Assembly (NCBI GenBank): GCA_010356995.1
Contig: ML996687.1
Span: forward strand, 1,489,803 to 1,553,802
DNA length: 64,000 nt
Direction: 5' to 3'
DNA from: Trichodelitschia bisporula
Taxonomy: Eukaryota
This document shows positions 22,371-34,054 of the stretch, one piece after another. The notes beneath the pieces were generated by a model. The model worked only from the letters and a program-made list of their open reading frames with translations, made no database searches and was not told the DNA's origin. Within the stretch, counting starts at the first letter, position 1. Each line of letters begins with the position of its first letter. The position numbers and the translations under genes are program-made.

Positions 22371-24452
22371 TTGTTTCGTTGGTGTTGACTTTGCTGTCGA
22401 CCTCACCACGCCCACCAGAGAGTGGAGGTGCGAGGTGGATGCGCCGCAATGACGGAGGAGGACGTCGACGTGGCAGTGTGTGAGGGGAAGGGCCCCCCCC
22501 CAGCAACTAACGTGACCGTAGCCTGATATGGACTAGCGTACGCCGCTTCCCAGCAGACAAAGTGACGACAACTGGTGATTTGTGCGAGAATGAGAGTGCG
22601 TCGTGTGTGCGTACATTAAAAAAAGAGAGAAGAGGCAGAAGCGAGAGGTCTACCAGCCATGAGACTATTACAGTAAGCTGTACGAGTTGTGCTTTGTATG
22701 TACGAAGTGAGGCAAGCGTCACCCGTAACCTTCTGTCGTATCAATTTGCCATTTCTTCTCTGTGTAGCGAGCCCGTACCCGTACCGCAAAGTGTCCGTGC
22801 CAGCGCTGCCCGTCACTTCATCGCGATACGTATCTATGGCTTCACACACATGCGCAAGCTGCATGTCCTAGCATATCAAAATCTTCCGTTTGCAATACAC
22901 CAAGCAAGCGAACACTATATATTAGCCCACACTGCAATTTGCTTCTCCTCCTCGGCTTTTCCTCTCCTCTCTTCCCTCCCAACCTTCCCCTCTCACCTTC
23001 CAGTTGCACACAGCTTCGACGTCGTGCTCCCCTCCACCCCTCCCCACACGCACACAACCAACCGGCCCGTCTCGTTTGCTGCAACCCCCACACTGCGTTC
23101 GAAAAGCTGCGAAGGCCCGCGAAAGGAGATAGCTCACAGGTTGATCACTGCACGATCACCCGCGTTCTTCTCTTATTTTTGCGACTGCCCACCTCATGTC
23201 CCAGTACGCGCAGCACCAATACCAACAGACCCGTCGTCATCGCCTCGTGCTCACTCTGGGACGAAGATATAAGAAGCCCTTGCGCTGGAAAGGTTGAAAC
23301 ACTCTCCGCCCACCCCTTGCGTCAAAGAGCATATCAGGCGGACCAGGACTCATCTAGTCTCTCGTCAGCAAAATTCTCTTTTCTTCTTTATTTCTCCGTG
23401 CGAAATACGTACGGTACTCGATAGAGAGAAAGACCAAATCATCGCTTCCCGATCGAAGCAACGCACAGCCAAGCAGCTTGCATCGCTGACCGGTGGGCAA
23501 CATCGCATCCGAAACTCACCTTCGAGTGGACGTTGCAACGACACAATTCCCGCGTCGAGCCGGCTTGCCAGTTCCAATTCCTCCTAATTGCATTTTCATC
23601 TGCGCCGAGACCACACATTTTATATCATCACTGCCTGTGCTCAGTTCTGCGCCGCGCATCCCACCAACAGCCCTGCCCGCCGAAAGTGCCCCACGGCGCT
23701 AGAAGCTTTCCGAAGGGCGCGAATCGTAAGAGATCGGCTTTGCTCGTTTCATCGGCAACGGCACCAAAGGCCTCGCTCCGAGTCCACGAGAAGAAGTGTG
23801 AGTTCCATTTAACGCTTTCCGTTCTTTCCGTTCGCACCCGAAGGGTTGTCTGTCCATTGTCACTGCAAAACCAGCTTGCATAGGGGCTGCAGCAGTGAGC
23901 AGTGAGCAGTTGAAGGGTGCTTCGTCACTCCTCTTCCCCCGTTCTTCAGGCTTGGGCATTTTGATTAGCGGGGAGAACTAGGGTGTTGGAGGGCAGGGCA
24001 GGGCAGAAGAGAAACGGCTGGCGGGGTGAGGAGGACAGGGCAAGTCAGGGAACTGGACCATTTCCATGGGAAACCCTTTCACGGCCCTCTCTTCTCTCTC
24101 TCGGGTCATTTCTCTTTGGCATGGCAGAGACCCTCGCAGGGTCACAGCAGCCCAACCTAGGCCAACCGCATATCTTCTTCCCTCTCTCTTGCTGGCCTGA
24201 CAACAGCAAAGCAGGCCCGGTTTTCCCTTCAGCCTGCCGGTTTTTTTTTTCTTTTGTCCTTCCTTCGCTGTACCCTGACGCAGCTCGGGAGGGCCCGCCC
24301 AAGGCCAGCCCACCATCACCCACCCCACCCCTCATTTTGATGCTCGATTTAGGGTGTCGCTTTTTACCGTTTTTGCGTCTCGTCGTTTGCTGTCTGGCCA
24401 TCGCATCTGTTTTTATTTCACTGTCTTTTGCTCCCATCTTTCATCTCATCTT

Positions 24453-24459
<7 letters not shown>

Positions 24460-24489
<30 letters not shown>
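24460..24489. repeat. (CT)n microsatellite
   Basis: Pure CT run in the long non-coding region upstream of the 25763 gene. Confidence 0.9.
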
Positions 24490-24492
<3 letters not shown>

Positions 24493-25223
24493 TCGAGGGA
24501 TCGAAACAGGTTATTGATTGCTTTCCTCTCTCCTCTCTGCAGATCGACTGCCGTCAACCAACACACGCTTTTCCCCGCTAGCACCATCACGTTTCGCGCT
24601 TCTGCCGTACATATCGGGCAGCACCGACCCCTCACAGCACACACTCTTACCCCCTCCCCCTCCTCGCATCCCGCTTACCACTCGTCACTCGTCAGTTTGC
24701 GACGCAGTCCTCTTTTCTCTCTCGTGTTGATCGTCCACCGCCAAAAAGACACCCCCCACCCCCCTGCCGCTTTCTCTGCTCAGCTGTTGTCACGGCTCAC
24801 CATTCAACCACTCACGATTCGACAACTCGATCCCGCCCCTCTTCTCTCATCTCATCCCCTTTTCGCCTTGATCACCACCCCTCACTACAGTACGTCTCTA
24901 CCCAACAACCAGGACTGCAACAATTCTTCCTCGCGTGGTATTAATTGGCACTAGTTTGCCCGCAGATTAATTGCTGCTGCAGTCGCGCTTTCCCCTTTCT
25001 GCCTCACGTCGGCCTTCTGGAACCTGCCTTGCGCCAGCTCAACCCACCCTCTCTCTGGCAGTCGCGACCGTACGAACCGACAGGGTTACCCCCCCCCCCT
25101 CCCCCCCAGCATCAGCAACCTTCAAGCCCAAAAGCAGAAGGGACTACCCTCCCCTCCCACCTATTTGTGGTCCAAGCGCCCAACCCTTCCTTCCCTTCCC
25201 CCTCAATCTCTCGTCTCGTCTTC

Positions 25224-25249
25224 CTCTCTCTCTCTCTCTCTCTCTCTCT
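25224..25249. repeat. (CT)n microsatellite
   Basis: Pure CT run. Confidence 0.9.
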
Positions 25250-25762
25250 GACTCTTTCCCCTCCCTCCCCTCCACAACCCCTTCCGTCTCTTTTCTATTG
25301 CGACAATCCACCTCAAACACAAAGCGGCACTCTCAATTCTCTCCACCCTCTTCCACTTCTGGCAACTTGAATTTGCCAGAACAGAAAGGGTGTTGTAGAG
25401 TCGTCTTGTTTTGTTGATCCTTGGGTGTCAACAAGAGCAACAACAACAACCACCACCATCGCCAACCGCCTCACCGCTCCGAACGCGGAAGCGGCTACCC
25501 TTCACCTTGCGCTGATCACCGTACAGCGGCTCAAATAATAAAGCGACAAACTGCGACCAGAGGGAGCCTTCGCGCATCTCCATCGCGGCGCAAAAAATCA
25601 CAACTTCAAAAGTGGGAACCGAGCGGATACCAGAGCAGAAGACGCTCGCCTCCAGAACGCAGTTGACATTGAGTCGTTTGCAGGATATATATCACGCTTG
25701 CCCAGCTCCGTTCAGCGAGCGGGTAGAGCGAGATAGTATTCCCTGCCGAAGACACTGCTTCC

Positions 25763-28554
25763 ATGACGTGGGTCTACTTCCACCCCATGGCTTCTTACCT
25801 TTATTCCCAATCGCCCATTCACTTCCCTTCTCACCACTCGCCGTCGCCTCTTCCTCCTTTCACCCCGCTCACACAGTCTCCCTCCCAAACTCCTCCTCCG
25901 CTTCCGCTTCCGCTTCCCCCTCTCCTCCCTGCGCTTCCACCACCGCCCCCCCCTCCTGCTTCCCATCCTCACCCACTTCCGTTGCTTTTACCTCCGCAAG
26001 CGTCGTATTGCACCTGCTCCGAATGCGCTGACCGTGCCAATCTTGACAGACCGAAACCCCTCACCCTAAACCATTCGACAGGCTCCGGCGAGAATTCAGA
26101 CTCAGACGACGCCTCAAGCTACGTAGGGCATACACATCACAGAGCTTCCAGGGTGCCCCGAACCCGCCATCAGCCAGAATATTCCGACGAGGACTCCGAC
26201 GGTTTTTCCAGCGAAGAGGAGGAGGAGGACGAAGAAGTTGACGAGGACGAGGCCAACGAGGGCTCGAGTGACAGCTGGGACCACCTAAACGACCTCTCCC
26301 GTGGAAGCGACATTGAGCCTTCCGAGTCGGCTTCCCGCTCCCGCAACCCGGCCGGACGTCCATCCAGTTTCCGCCCTGCGCGCGCTCCTGCCGCTCCCCG
26401 GCACTCAAAGGCGCCTCCTTCGCGCAAAATCGCAGCCGTGCCTGACATACCCCAAGGGTCGCCGCCGCGGCGCCGCGCACATCATTACGAGCGCCAGCCG
26501 CGGCAGCATCACGCCGTCGACAACGTGGAGGACGACGACTATCCGTACGGCGGCCGCTCCGGTCAATTGCCGTACCATCCGGCGCCGCAATGGTCGAATG
26601 TCGGCCTCTACCCGGGCCATGCGCCGACGGCCATGTCAAGTTATGACCAAAACCCGTTCGGTTCCAATGCTCTACAGGCTTACCCGCGCGCACCGAGTCA
26701 TGACTACAACCCGCTGTCCCCCCACGCCCAGCAGGCAAATCCCTTCACCCTCCCTCCGGACGACTACTTTGGCACTAACGGCCGTATGGGTGGCGGTATG
26801 CACGGCGGCATGGACCCAATGGCTGGTGGCGGGCATCACCGGCGCCAAAACCGCAATTCCATGCCACCCCCGCGATCACACGGCCAGGAACTCATGCCCT
26901 ACGGCGCTGGCCCGCCGCAGCCGTATCCGCCTTACCCTCCCTATGGCTACCCCGGATACCCGCCCTACCCGCCACCGTACCCGCCGTACTCGCCACCACA
27001 CCACACTCCCTCCCCGCACGCTTCCAAGAAGTCCACCCCTGCGCCTGGCGGTATGACGCCTGGCGCAACAACCCCCAACCCACCCTCCATGACCCCTGCT
27101 CCTCCTCCGCCCCCGCCGCCATTAGCCCCCCCTGCCGTTGAGGAGCCGCCAAAGGAAGATCCGAAGCTCAAGGCCATTGAGGAGCTGCTGATGGCGCAAA
27201 AGAAGGCTGCCGAAGATCGTCTCGCGCTGAAGCAAAAGGCTATTGAGGATGCGAAACGCGCCGCCGAGATTGCCAAGCTAAAAGCTGAAGAGGACAAGCT
27301 CGAGGCTTTACAGAAATTGATTCTCGATCACAACCGCCAGCAACTGGAGCGTGAGAAGAAGCAGGAAGCGGAGCGGAAAGCAGAGGCTGAGGCGCGCGCC
27401 GAGGCTGAGCGCAAAACGGCTGAATTGAAGAAGGCGCAAGAAGAGAAGGCGAAGGAGCTAGCTGCTGCGGCGGAAAAGGCGAAGGCCGAAGCTGAAAAGG
27501 CGGCTGAGACCAAAGCAGCAGCAGAGAAGGCAAAGGCTGAAAAGGCCGCTGCTGAAGCCAAGGCAAAGCACGAAGCTGAGATGGAGGAGGCGCGGAAGAA
27601 GGCCGAAGAGGATAAGGCTGCTGTAGAAAAGACGATCGCGGAGTCCAAGGCCGCGCACGAAAAGGCTATTGAGGACGCAAAGAAGAAGGCGGCCGACCTG
27701 GAGGCCAAGCGCAAGGCCGCGGAAGAAGAAGCGGCGAAGCTGCGGCCGCCAGATGACATGACACGGGCGCCGATCAAGTTTAAAGATGCCGTGGGAAGAA
27801 AGTTTAGCTTCCCGTGGCATCTGTGCAAGTCGTGGAAGGTCAGTTTTACCTCTTACATCCCTGCTCCGCTAACCCTCTTCAGGGAATGGAGACGCTTATC
27901 AACCAAGCCTTCCTCCACGTCGATGGCATCGGCAAACACGTTCACGAGGGCCATTACGACCTCGTCGGGCCCGACGGCGAAATCATCCTACCACAAGTGT
28001 GGGAGACCATGGTGAAACCCGACTGGGCTATCACTATGCACATGTGGCCCATGCCCGAACCTCCAAAGAAGGAGGCGCCGCCGCCGCCTCCCCCCCCACC
28101 GCCAGGCGGTATGGCTGGGCTCCCCCCTCCGCCGCCCGGTGGCTTCCCCCCACCCCCTCCTATGGGCATTCCAGGTATGTCGCAGGATCCATCCAGGGAG
28201 AAGAAGAAGAAGTCGAAGGGCTCCAAATCTGCTGCTGTCATGGGCTTACCTCCTCCGCCACCTCAAGGCATGCCTGGTATGCCACCTCCTCAAGGAATGC
28301 CTGGTATGCCACCTCCGCCGCCGATGCCCGGAATGCCTCCCATGGGCCTCCCTGGCCCGCCGCCTCCGCCAATGGGTATGCCCGGTCCGCCGTTTCCCGG
28401 CCCTCCCCCCCCGCCTGGCGCGCCGGGCGTCGTCGAAGTCATGCCTGCGCACGCGCCAGAGAAGAAGAAAAAGAAGAAGCCCCAGCCGGCGCCGTTCCTA
28501 CTGTGGACGGCCGGCGGTGCACGAGGCGGGAAAAAGCCCACGCGGAGAACGTAG
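25763..28554 (+). CDS. Pro-rich / long EAK coiled-coil / fungal ubiquitin-like domain / polyproline protein
   Basis: Likely introns 25768-26049 and 27839-27882. Domain PIKFKDAVGRKFSFPWHLCKSWKGMETLINQAFLHVDGIGKHVHEGHYDLVGPDGEIILPQVWETMVKPDWAITMHMWP is a conserved Pezizomycotina ubiquitin-like domain. Polyproline tail and FLLWTAGG motif follow. Confidence 0.85.
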
Positions 28555-29622
28555 CGATTTGTTTTTGTTTTTGTCAAGGGTGTTTGGGGGAGGCCGGTGT
28601 CTGGGATTGGAAGACACGGACGTGGAGTTGGTCAGGACTGTTTGGGTTTTGACGGAGACGGAGTCGTTTGGTGACGGTGGGGCTCTCTCGGGATGAGACA
28701 TGAAGAGTACGAGGATAAGATGGTACGCACCAGGTGGTTTTTGTTTGCTTTTCTTGTGGTGCAGCGGGTGGTGCATTGGGCTTTGGGCTTTTGCATGTTC
28801 GCTGTGCGGGGGCTTGTGATCTTTCGGAAGGGTTGGCATTTGGGAAGGGAAAGAGTTGGAAAGTATATTGGGTCCTTTGGTTCTTTATGCGCGGTTTTGC
28901 GGGTCGTTGCCGTTGAAGATTCCCCATTTGCCGCCTTTCGGGTTTTTGCGCGTTGTAGTCGGCTAGCATTTATATACCTCTCATCTTGGGTTCGTGTTTT
29001 GGCTGTCATTCATAGTTCCATTATCGATCGTTGCCTGAGCGCGCATTCTACTTGTTGTCCTTGTGCGAGATTCAAAATCCTGTGTGGTGATTGGGGTTCT
29101 CGTGGCGCAGAGCAATGGGGTTGGCGTCCACGTGGACGCCGGTGTCGGGGTTGGTGCTATGCTGCATTTCTCTCTAGCGTTTCTCGTCCGCCTTCGAACA
29201 TAGAGGTACCGTGACCTCGCTCGTCGAGGGTTGTAGCTATCTTAATTCACTCTTTCATACATCGGCCTGTGCCATGCGGCGACTTCAGTGTTAGCAAAGA
29301 CTTGGAGGGGGACTATGGGGTAAGTGGTCCAGCTGTGAGGATGACGATTGCTGATGCTGATTCTCAAAGGGGGTTAAAGCATCATGGTATCGATACATCC
29401 AAGAGCGACACGGGGTAATAATAGCACGCAAGCCAATCACAATGGAAAGCATCAAGCAGTGAAGGTAAAAAGCATTGGGGTATCTCTCGCTAACTACAGG
29501 CGCCCACACGACCCTCAAACTCCGTAAAGTTCCGGTCCTAACGCCTGCCTGATACCCTGAGCTCCATAACCGTTGCGCCGAACTCCGAGCAGTTCATAGC
29601 CTCAATGTGCCGAACGATCCAC

Positions 29623-30568
29623 CTACTGTCCCAAAGTAAGAGGATCCCAGAACCGACGGAGCCAGACCCCCGCTCCACCCTGTAAAGGGAAAGCCTGCTG
29701 GTGCCCGAGGAACGGCGGAGCAGGTATCGCACGCGCCGCCTGCATGTACGCCGGCTTCGAAATGCTCGGCCGGAATGACTCCTCTATGATATGCGCATAG
29801 GGAACCGGCTCTTGCACGAAGAAGGACGGGGAAAGCGACTCCTGCTTGATGTATGGCGACGAGGGTGGCTCCGGCTTGATGTAGGGCGACGGAGAGCGCG
29901 GTTCCTCCTTGGTGTAGGACGAGGCAGGCGACTCTTGCTTGGCGCGCTTTGCCGGACGCTGACCTCCCGATCCAGGCGCCTTGCGCTTGACGCGCGATAA
30001 CTTCGGCGGACCTGATCGACCGTACTGGTGAGGAGCACGGCCACGACCCCCACGGCCCTGAGGCGGGATGGCAGACGTCTGCGAGGGACTAGGCCCGGCC
30101 TGCTGCTGAGGGAAGTACGTGCCCTGGAAGTACGCGCCCTGGATCTGGTCGATCTGCGCTTGCGTCTGTTGCTGGCGCGCGCGGAGCTCGGCGTCTGGAA
30201 TCCCGTCGCCGATGGGCGTGGGCGGGCCATTGAAGCGGACGACACCAGGGGGCGGCGGCGGACGCTCGGTGGCCACAGTGTCGGACTCGAACAGGTACGC
30301 GATGGCCTGCATCCCGTCCCTGAACCGTTAGCTTTTTATGTCTTTACTGAAAGGGCGGGCGGACTTACAGCTTGCCGTGGATGAGGGGCGTCTGCTCGTT
30401 TTCGTAGAGGTGGATGCAGACCGTCCGCTGCAGGGTTTGGATGTAGGTCACCGTTGAGGTGAAGATGCGCCCTGGCCAGATGGAGCGGCAGCAGAGGCCG
30501 CCGAACTGTGTGCAGTTGTCTTCGGAGGCGCAGGCCGCAGTGGCTGCGAGGGGAGATTGGTGGAGCAT
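29623..30568 (-). CDS. Hypothetical, probably nuclear protein with SP-Y-(I/T)KxE repeats
   Basis: Exon 30568-30369, intron 30320-30368 (GTAAGT...CTAAC...CAG), exon 30319-29623, in frame. Basic NLS-like KRK...RPAKRAK. TATAAATA about 190 nt upstream. Confidence 0.65.
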
Positions 30569-32981
30569 GGTGGGGCCCTGGGCGGTGGGGTCCGGTTGGT
30601 GGTTGTGGTTAAGGAGAGACAGTTGGTGGGATCAACTGGAGGCTGTGGATGATGCTGTGGATGATGCTGTGGAGGCGGTGGAGGATGCTGTTGAGGCGAT
30701 GGAGGATTCTGTGGATGCGGTGGTGGAGTATGAAAGGTTTTGGTGAATAACCAGGTATTTATAGGCGATGGCATCGTTGAGCACAGGCCCCTATCGTGGA
30801 GCACGGCGTCGGTATAACGGCGGAGGGATTTTTCCATGATGGAGAGGGGGAGGGGGAGGGCGGTGTGGACAGAGTGAGGGTTAGTGAAGGGGAGGTTCTG
30901 GACTTGAAGAGGGGGCGGAATGACTGGTGGCCAAGGAGGGAGGTGGCCGTTTGGAGAAAGTCTTGGAAAGGGAGGTTTGCGGGGAGGTCTGGGAAGGTGG
31001 TGAGTGTTTGTGGGGAAATTTTTGGAAGGGGGGGGTTGCTTTGGGGGGTTGGGATGGGATAGGGGTTGTGATTTCGGTATGGAGGTGGGAGGATGTTGGG
31101 TTCGGGTATCGATTGGCATGGGGTGGGAGGCTGAGGCTCGGCCTTGCGGCCGAGGGCGGCATCAGGGGCTTTCTGGGAGTCTGTGGAGGAACTTCCATAG
31201 CAGGTAACGGTATGTCACGGTGAAGTCAGCGGATTATGGATAGGTCAAGCTCTTCGTCCCATGGATTAAGGGTGAGCACGATATGCCTGCGCACAAGTAC
31301 TGGAAGCAAACCAACGGCCTTCTGCTGGCTCTCCATGACGCGTCGATGAGATGACCAAGGGCCCATAATGTCGACCTCAACAGCTCAAAGCCACGCATGA
31401 GCAACACTACCAACCGGCTAGGCGTTTTCATACTTTTTCGATTCGCCTCCCTTAGAGTCTATCCCGCTTCAAGATATCTCACCTCCCCGTAGCGAGCCTA
31501 GCCCCTTGAGTTATTCTGCCTTTGCACTTCGCGTTCAATGGAATGCTTCTCAGGAAGGCTGGAGCTCGGCTTTGGGCCGATCATATTGGATTCTCAATAA
31601 GGAATGGGTTCACGAGGTTTACCGTACTCAGGTCATTCCGCTCGGCTAATAAGCGAGCCACTTAGGCCTCCTAGGGCGAACTTCCTTCTATCGAGGACGA
31701 TGTCAACACGATATAATGAGTGGGAACGTGGCATGCCCGCAACCCGATACATTGAATAACTCTTTATGAGAAGATGTAGAGCTCCGAATAGGACCCGATC
31801 AAAGGCTGGAAAGAAAACATGCTTGTTCTAGCCATCTACATACAGTCCCTCCATACATTTTTTACCCGAATGACTCTTGTCCTGGGCTCAGGAATGCAAG
31901 CAAATGATTGCGTCCGGAAAAAGGTTAAGGCTCAGCCTTGCGCAAACGGGGAAGGGTCCGGGTGCGGCTGGCTGGGCGGTTGATGCTGCATGCAGCCTTG
32001 GCTCTTACTGCAGGGGCTCACCGGCCTCAAGACGTACGACGGATGGCTGCGAGTTCCAACATCGAGGGTGCATATGACGTACTCAGTTTGGCAGTCATGC
32101 GGGATATAAATTTTGGGACAGTCGCAAAGCTGATAAACTGTCCATACCTTCAACGAGGTGGCAGAACTATGAGCTGCTGTCAATGAAGCTTAAAATTCAA
32201 GGAGAGCTACTGTAGATGACATGTGTGAGGCAATACCATATAGTCAAGGAATGGTTCAGTCATGTGCTGGGCTTTCGTTGCCCATCCACAGAGATATTTT
32301 GAACCCTCGCACGAGTCCTTTGCCTTCATGAGACACGGCCCATTTCCACTCCAATCTTAGACAGTGAGGGCTGTAGGAATGTTCGTTGGACTTCCTACGG
32401 ACACGTAGGCAGTGGCCTGTACCCATAGTCCATCAGGCTCCGATGTCCTTAAATCTGTTATCGAAATTTACGTGTGAACACATTAGCATGTGACCGATGA
32501 CTATAAACTGTCTCAGTCGGTGAGTTAGAGAAGGAAGAAGAAGGCGAGGAAGCAAGCTCAAATGAGAAGTATGAGGAGCACCTTTTGGCGCATTCCGTAC
32601 TTTGCCCAAGACCAAGCCAAGTCAGTCGCGGGGCTGGCGAGAGAAGTCGCATTGAACCGCAGCGAACACGAAAGCACCAACCAATGCAGATAACGGCAGC
32701 GTAAATCAGTGTAAGCAGTGAAACAGAGGTTAAACCATTGCAGACTATAACAGGAGAAGCAGCCTAGCAGACCGCCCGACCCGTACTCGCTTCGCTGAAC
32801 CTCAAGAGCCACAACCTTTCGACTTGCATAGGGTACTGATAGGTCTAAAGGACAAAACACCCCTCACAGACAAAGAAGCTGACTGCAAACAATCCACTTC
32901 AAGTCGCCTCCCAGCTCCTGCCGCGTGCTCGTGGAGTCTGAAAGGCAAATGTCCGACACAACGTCGGTTCTGAGACTCAGC

Positions 32982-33634
32982 TCAGATGTTGCCAATCTCA
33001 GCCACAAAGTCATCCAGCTCCTTCTTCGTCTGGTTGTACTTGGTGGCCATCTCCTCGTACTTCTTTTCCCACTGCTCGTTGGACTGCTCGAGAGCCTGGA
33101 CCTTGCGCTCGAAGTGGCCAGCACGAACATCGGTCTGGCGGAGCCTGACAGTAAGTTAGCTCTGCACGATAGCAAACACTGCAGACGGACTTGTCCATGA
33201 CATCCCGCATTTGCTTGTCGGCGGTCTCGGCCTCCTCCTCCAGGATCTGTATGCGTCTTGACAAGGTTTCATTTTGGGAGCCGGTTTGCTCGTGTTCTTC
33301 TGTAGTAGTCTTTAATTTCGAGACTTCGGTGGACAGTTTTTCGGTTTCTTCTTCTAACACCTGATTCTTGTGCACGAGAGAGGTGATCTCCTGCTCCTTG
33401 GCGAGGTTCTCTTGCTCGAGAGTTTTGACCTTCGTCTTGAGCTCTTCGACCTGGGCAGAAGCGGTGTCTGCCTCGATCCGCAGAGCTTCCATGCGCTGCA
33501 GTAGGTTAGCAAGGCTCTGGAAGAGTGTAGTCACGCTTAGGACGGCCGAATAAGCGCTGTACCGTCCACAGCTGGAGCAGTTTGGCCCTGATGGAGGGGC
33601 AGCAGGAGCTACTTACACTCTTGATCCGATCCAT
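32982..33634 (-). CDS. TPM1: Tropomyosin
   Basis: Exons 33634-33617, 33495-33191, 33144-32982 give MDRIKSRMEALRIEAD...LEQENLAKEQEITSL...KLRQTDVRAGHFERKVQALE...WEKKYEEM. Confidence 0.95.
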
Positions 33635-34054
33635 GATGCTGTTTGGTGTAATCTCACAAGAGTGAAAAGATTTTGGTGGAATAGAACAACAAAGAAGAGG
33701 GCTTTGCTTCAGCGAGGTAGGAAGTGGGTAAACAAAGATGCGTTGGACAGGCAGATGCACTTTTAGGAGGGGGGTAAGACCTGTGATGTCTGGGGGGCTT
33801 GTCACGGGCAGCAACGGAGACGGCGCCGCCAAGCTGCCGAACCGTGCCAAGCGGGGAAAACCGCGCCTTGTCCCAATTGGGACTTCATGGGGAGTTCCTG
33901 CCTGCAGGCAATCAAAGCCGTTCCGTTGCCTTGGGGACCACTCAAATTGTTTACATCCCACACCATCGCGTCAACTTCACGCTACTGCTTCCAACATCGT
34001 CCATCTCGCTCATATATCGCACCCGAATGTGATCAGCGAATCAAAACCAGCACC

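Noticed and set aside
22562..25417. ORFs of 140-323 aa (e.g. 23983-24954 with LSLSLS)
   Set aside because: Produced by pyrimidine-rich and (CT)n sequence; no motifs or codon bias.
30448..31223. Overlapping ORFs and a gatgctgtggat-type repeat
   Set aside because: Low-complexity leader/promoter of the 30568 gene (TATAAATA inside it); no frame is convincing.
31230..32860. AT-richer gap possibly holding a gene relic or RIP-mutated element
   Set aside because: Only short ORFs, and no transposase motif, terminal repeats or consistent exon chain.
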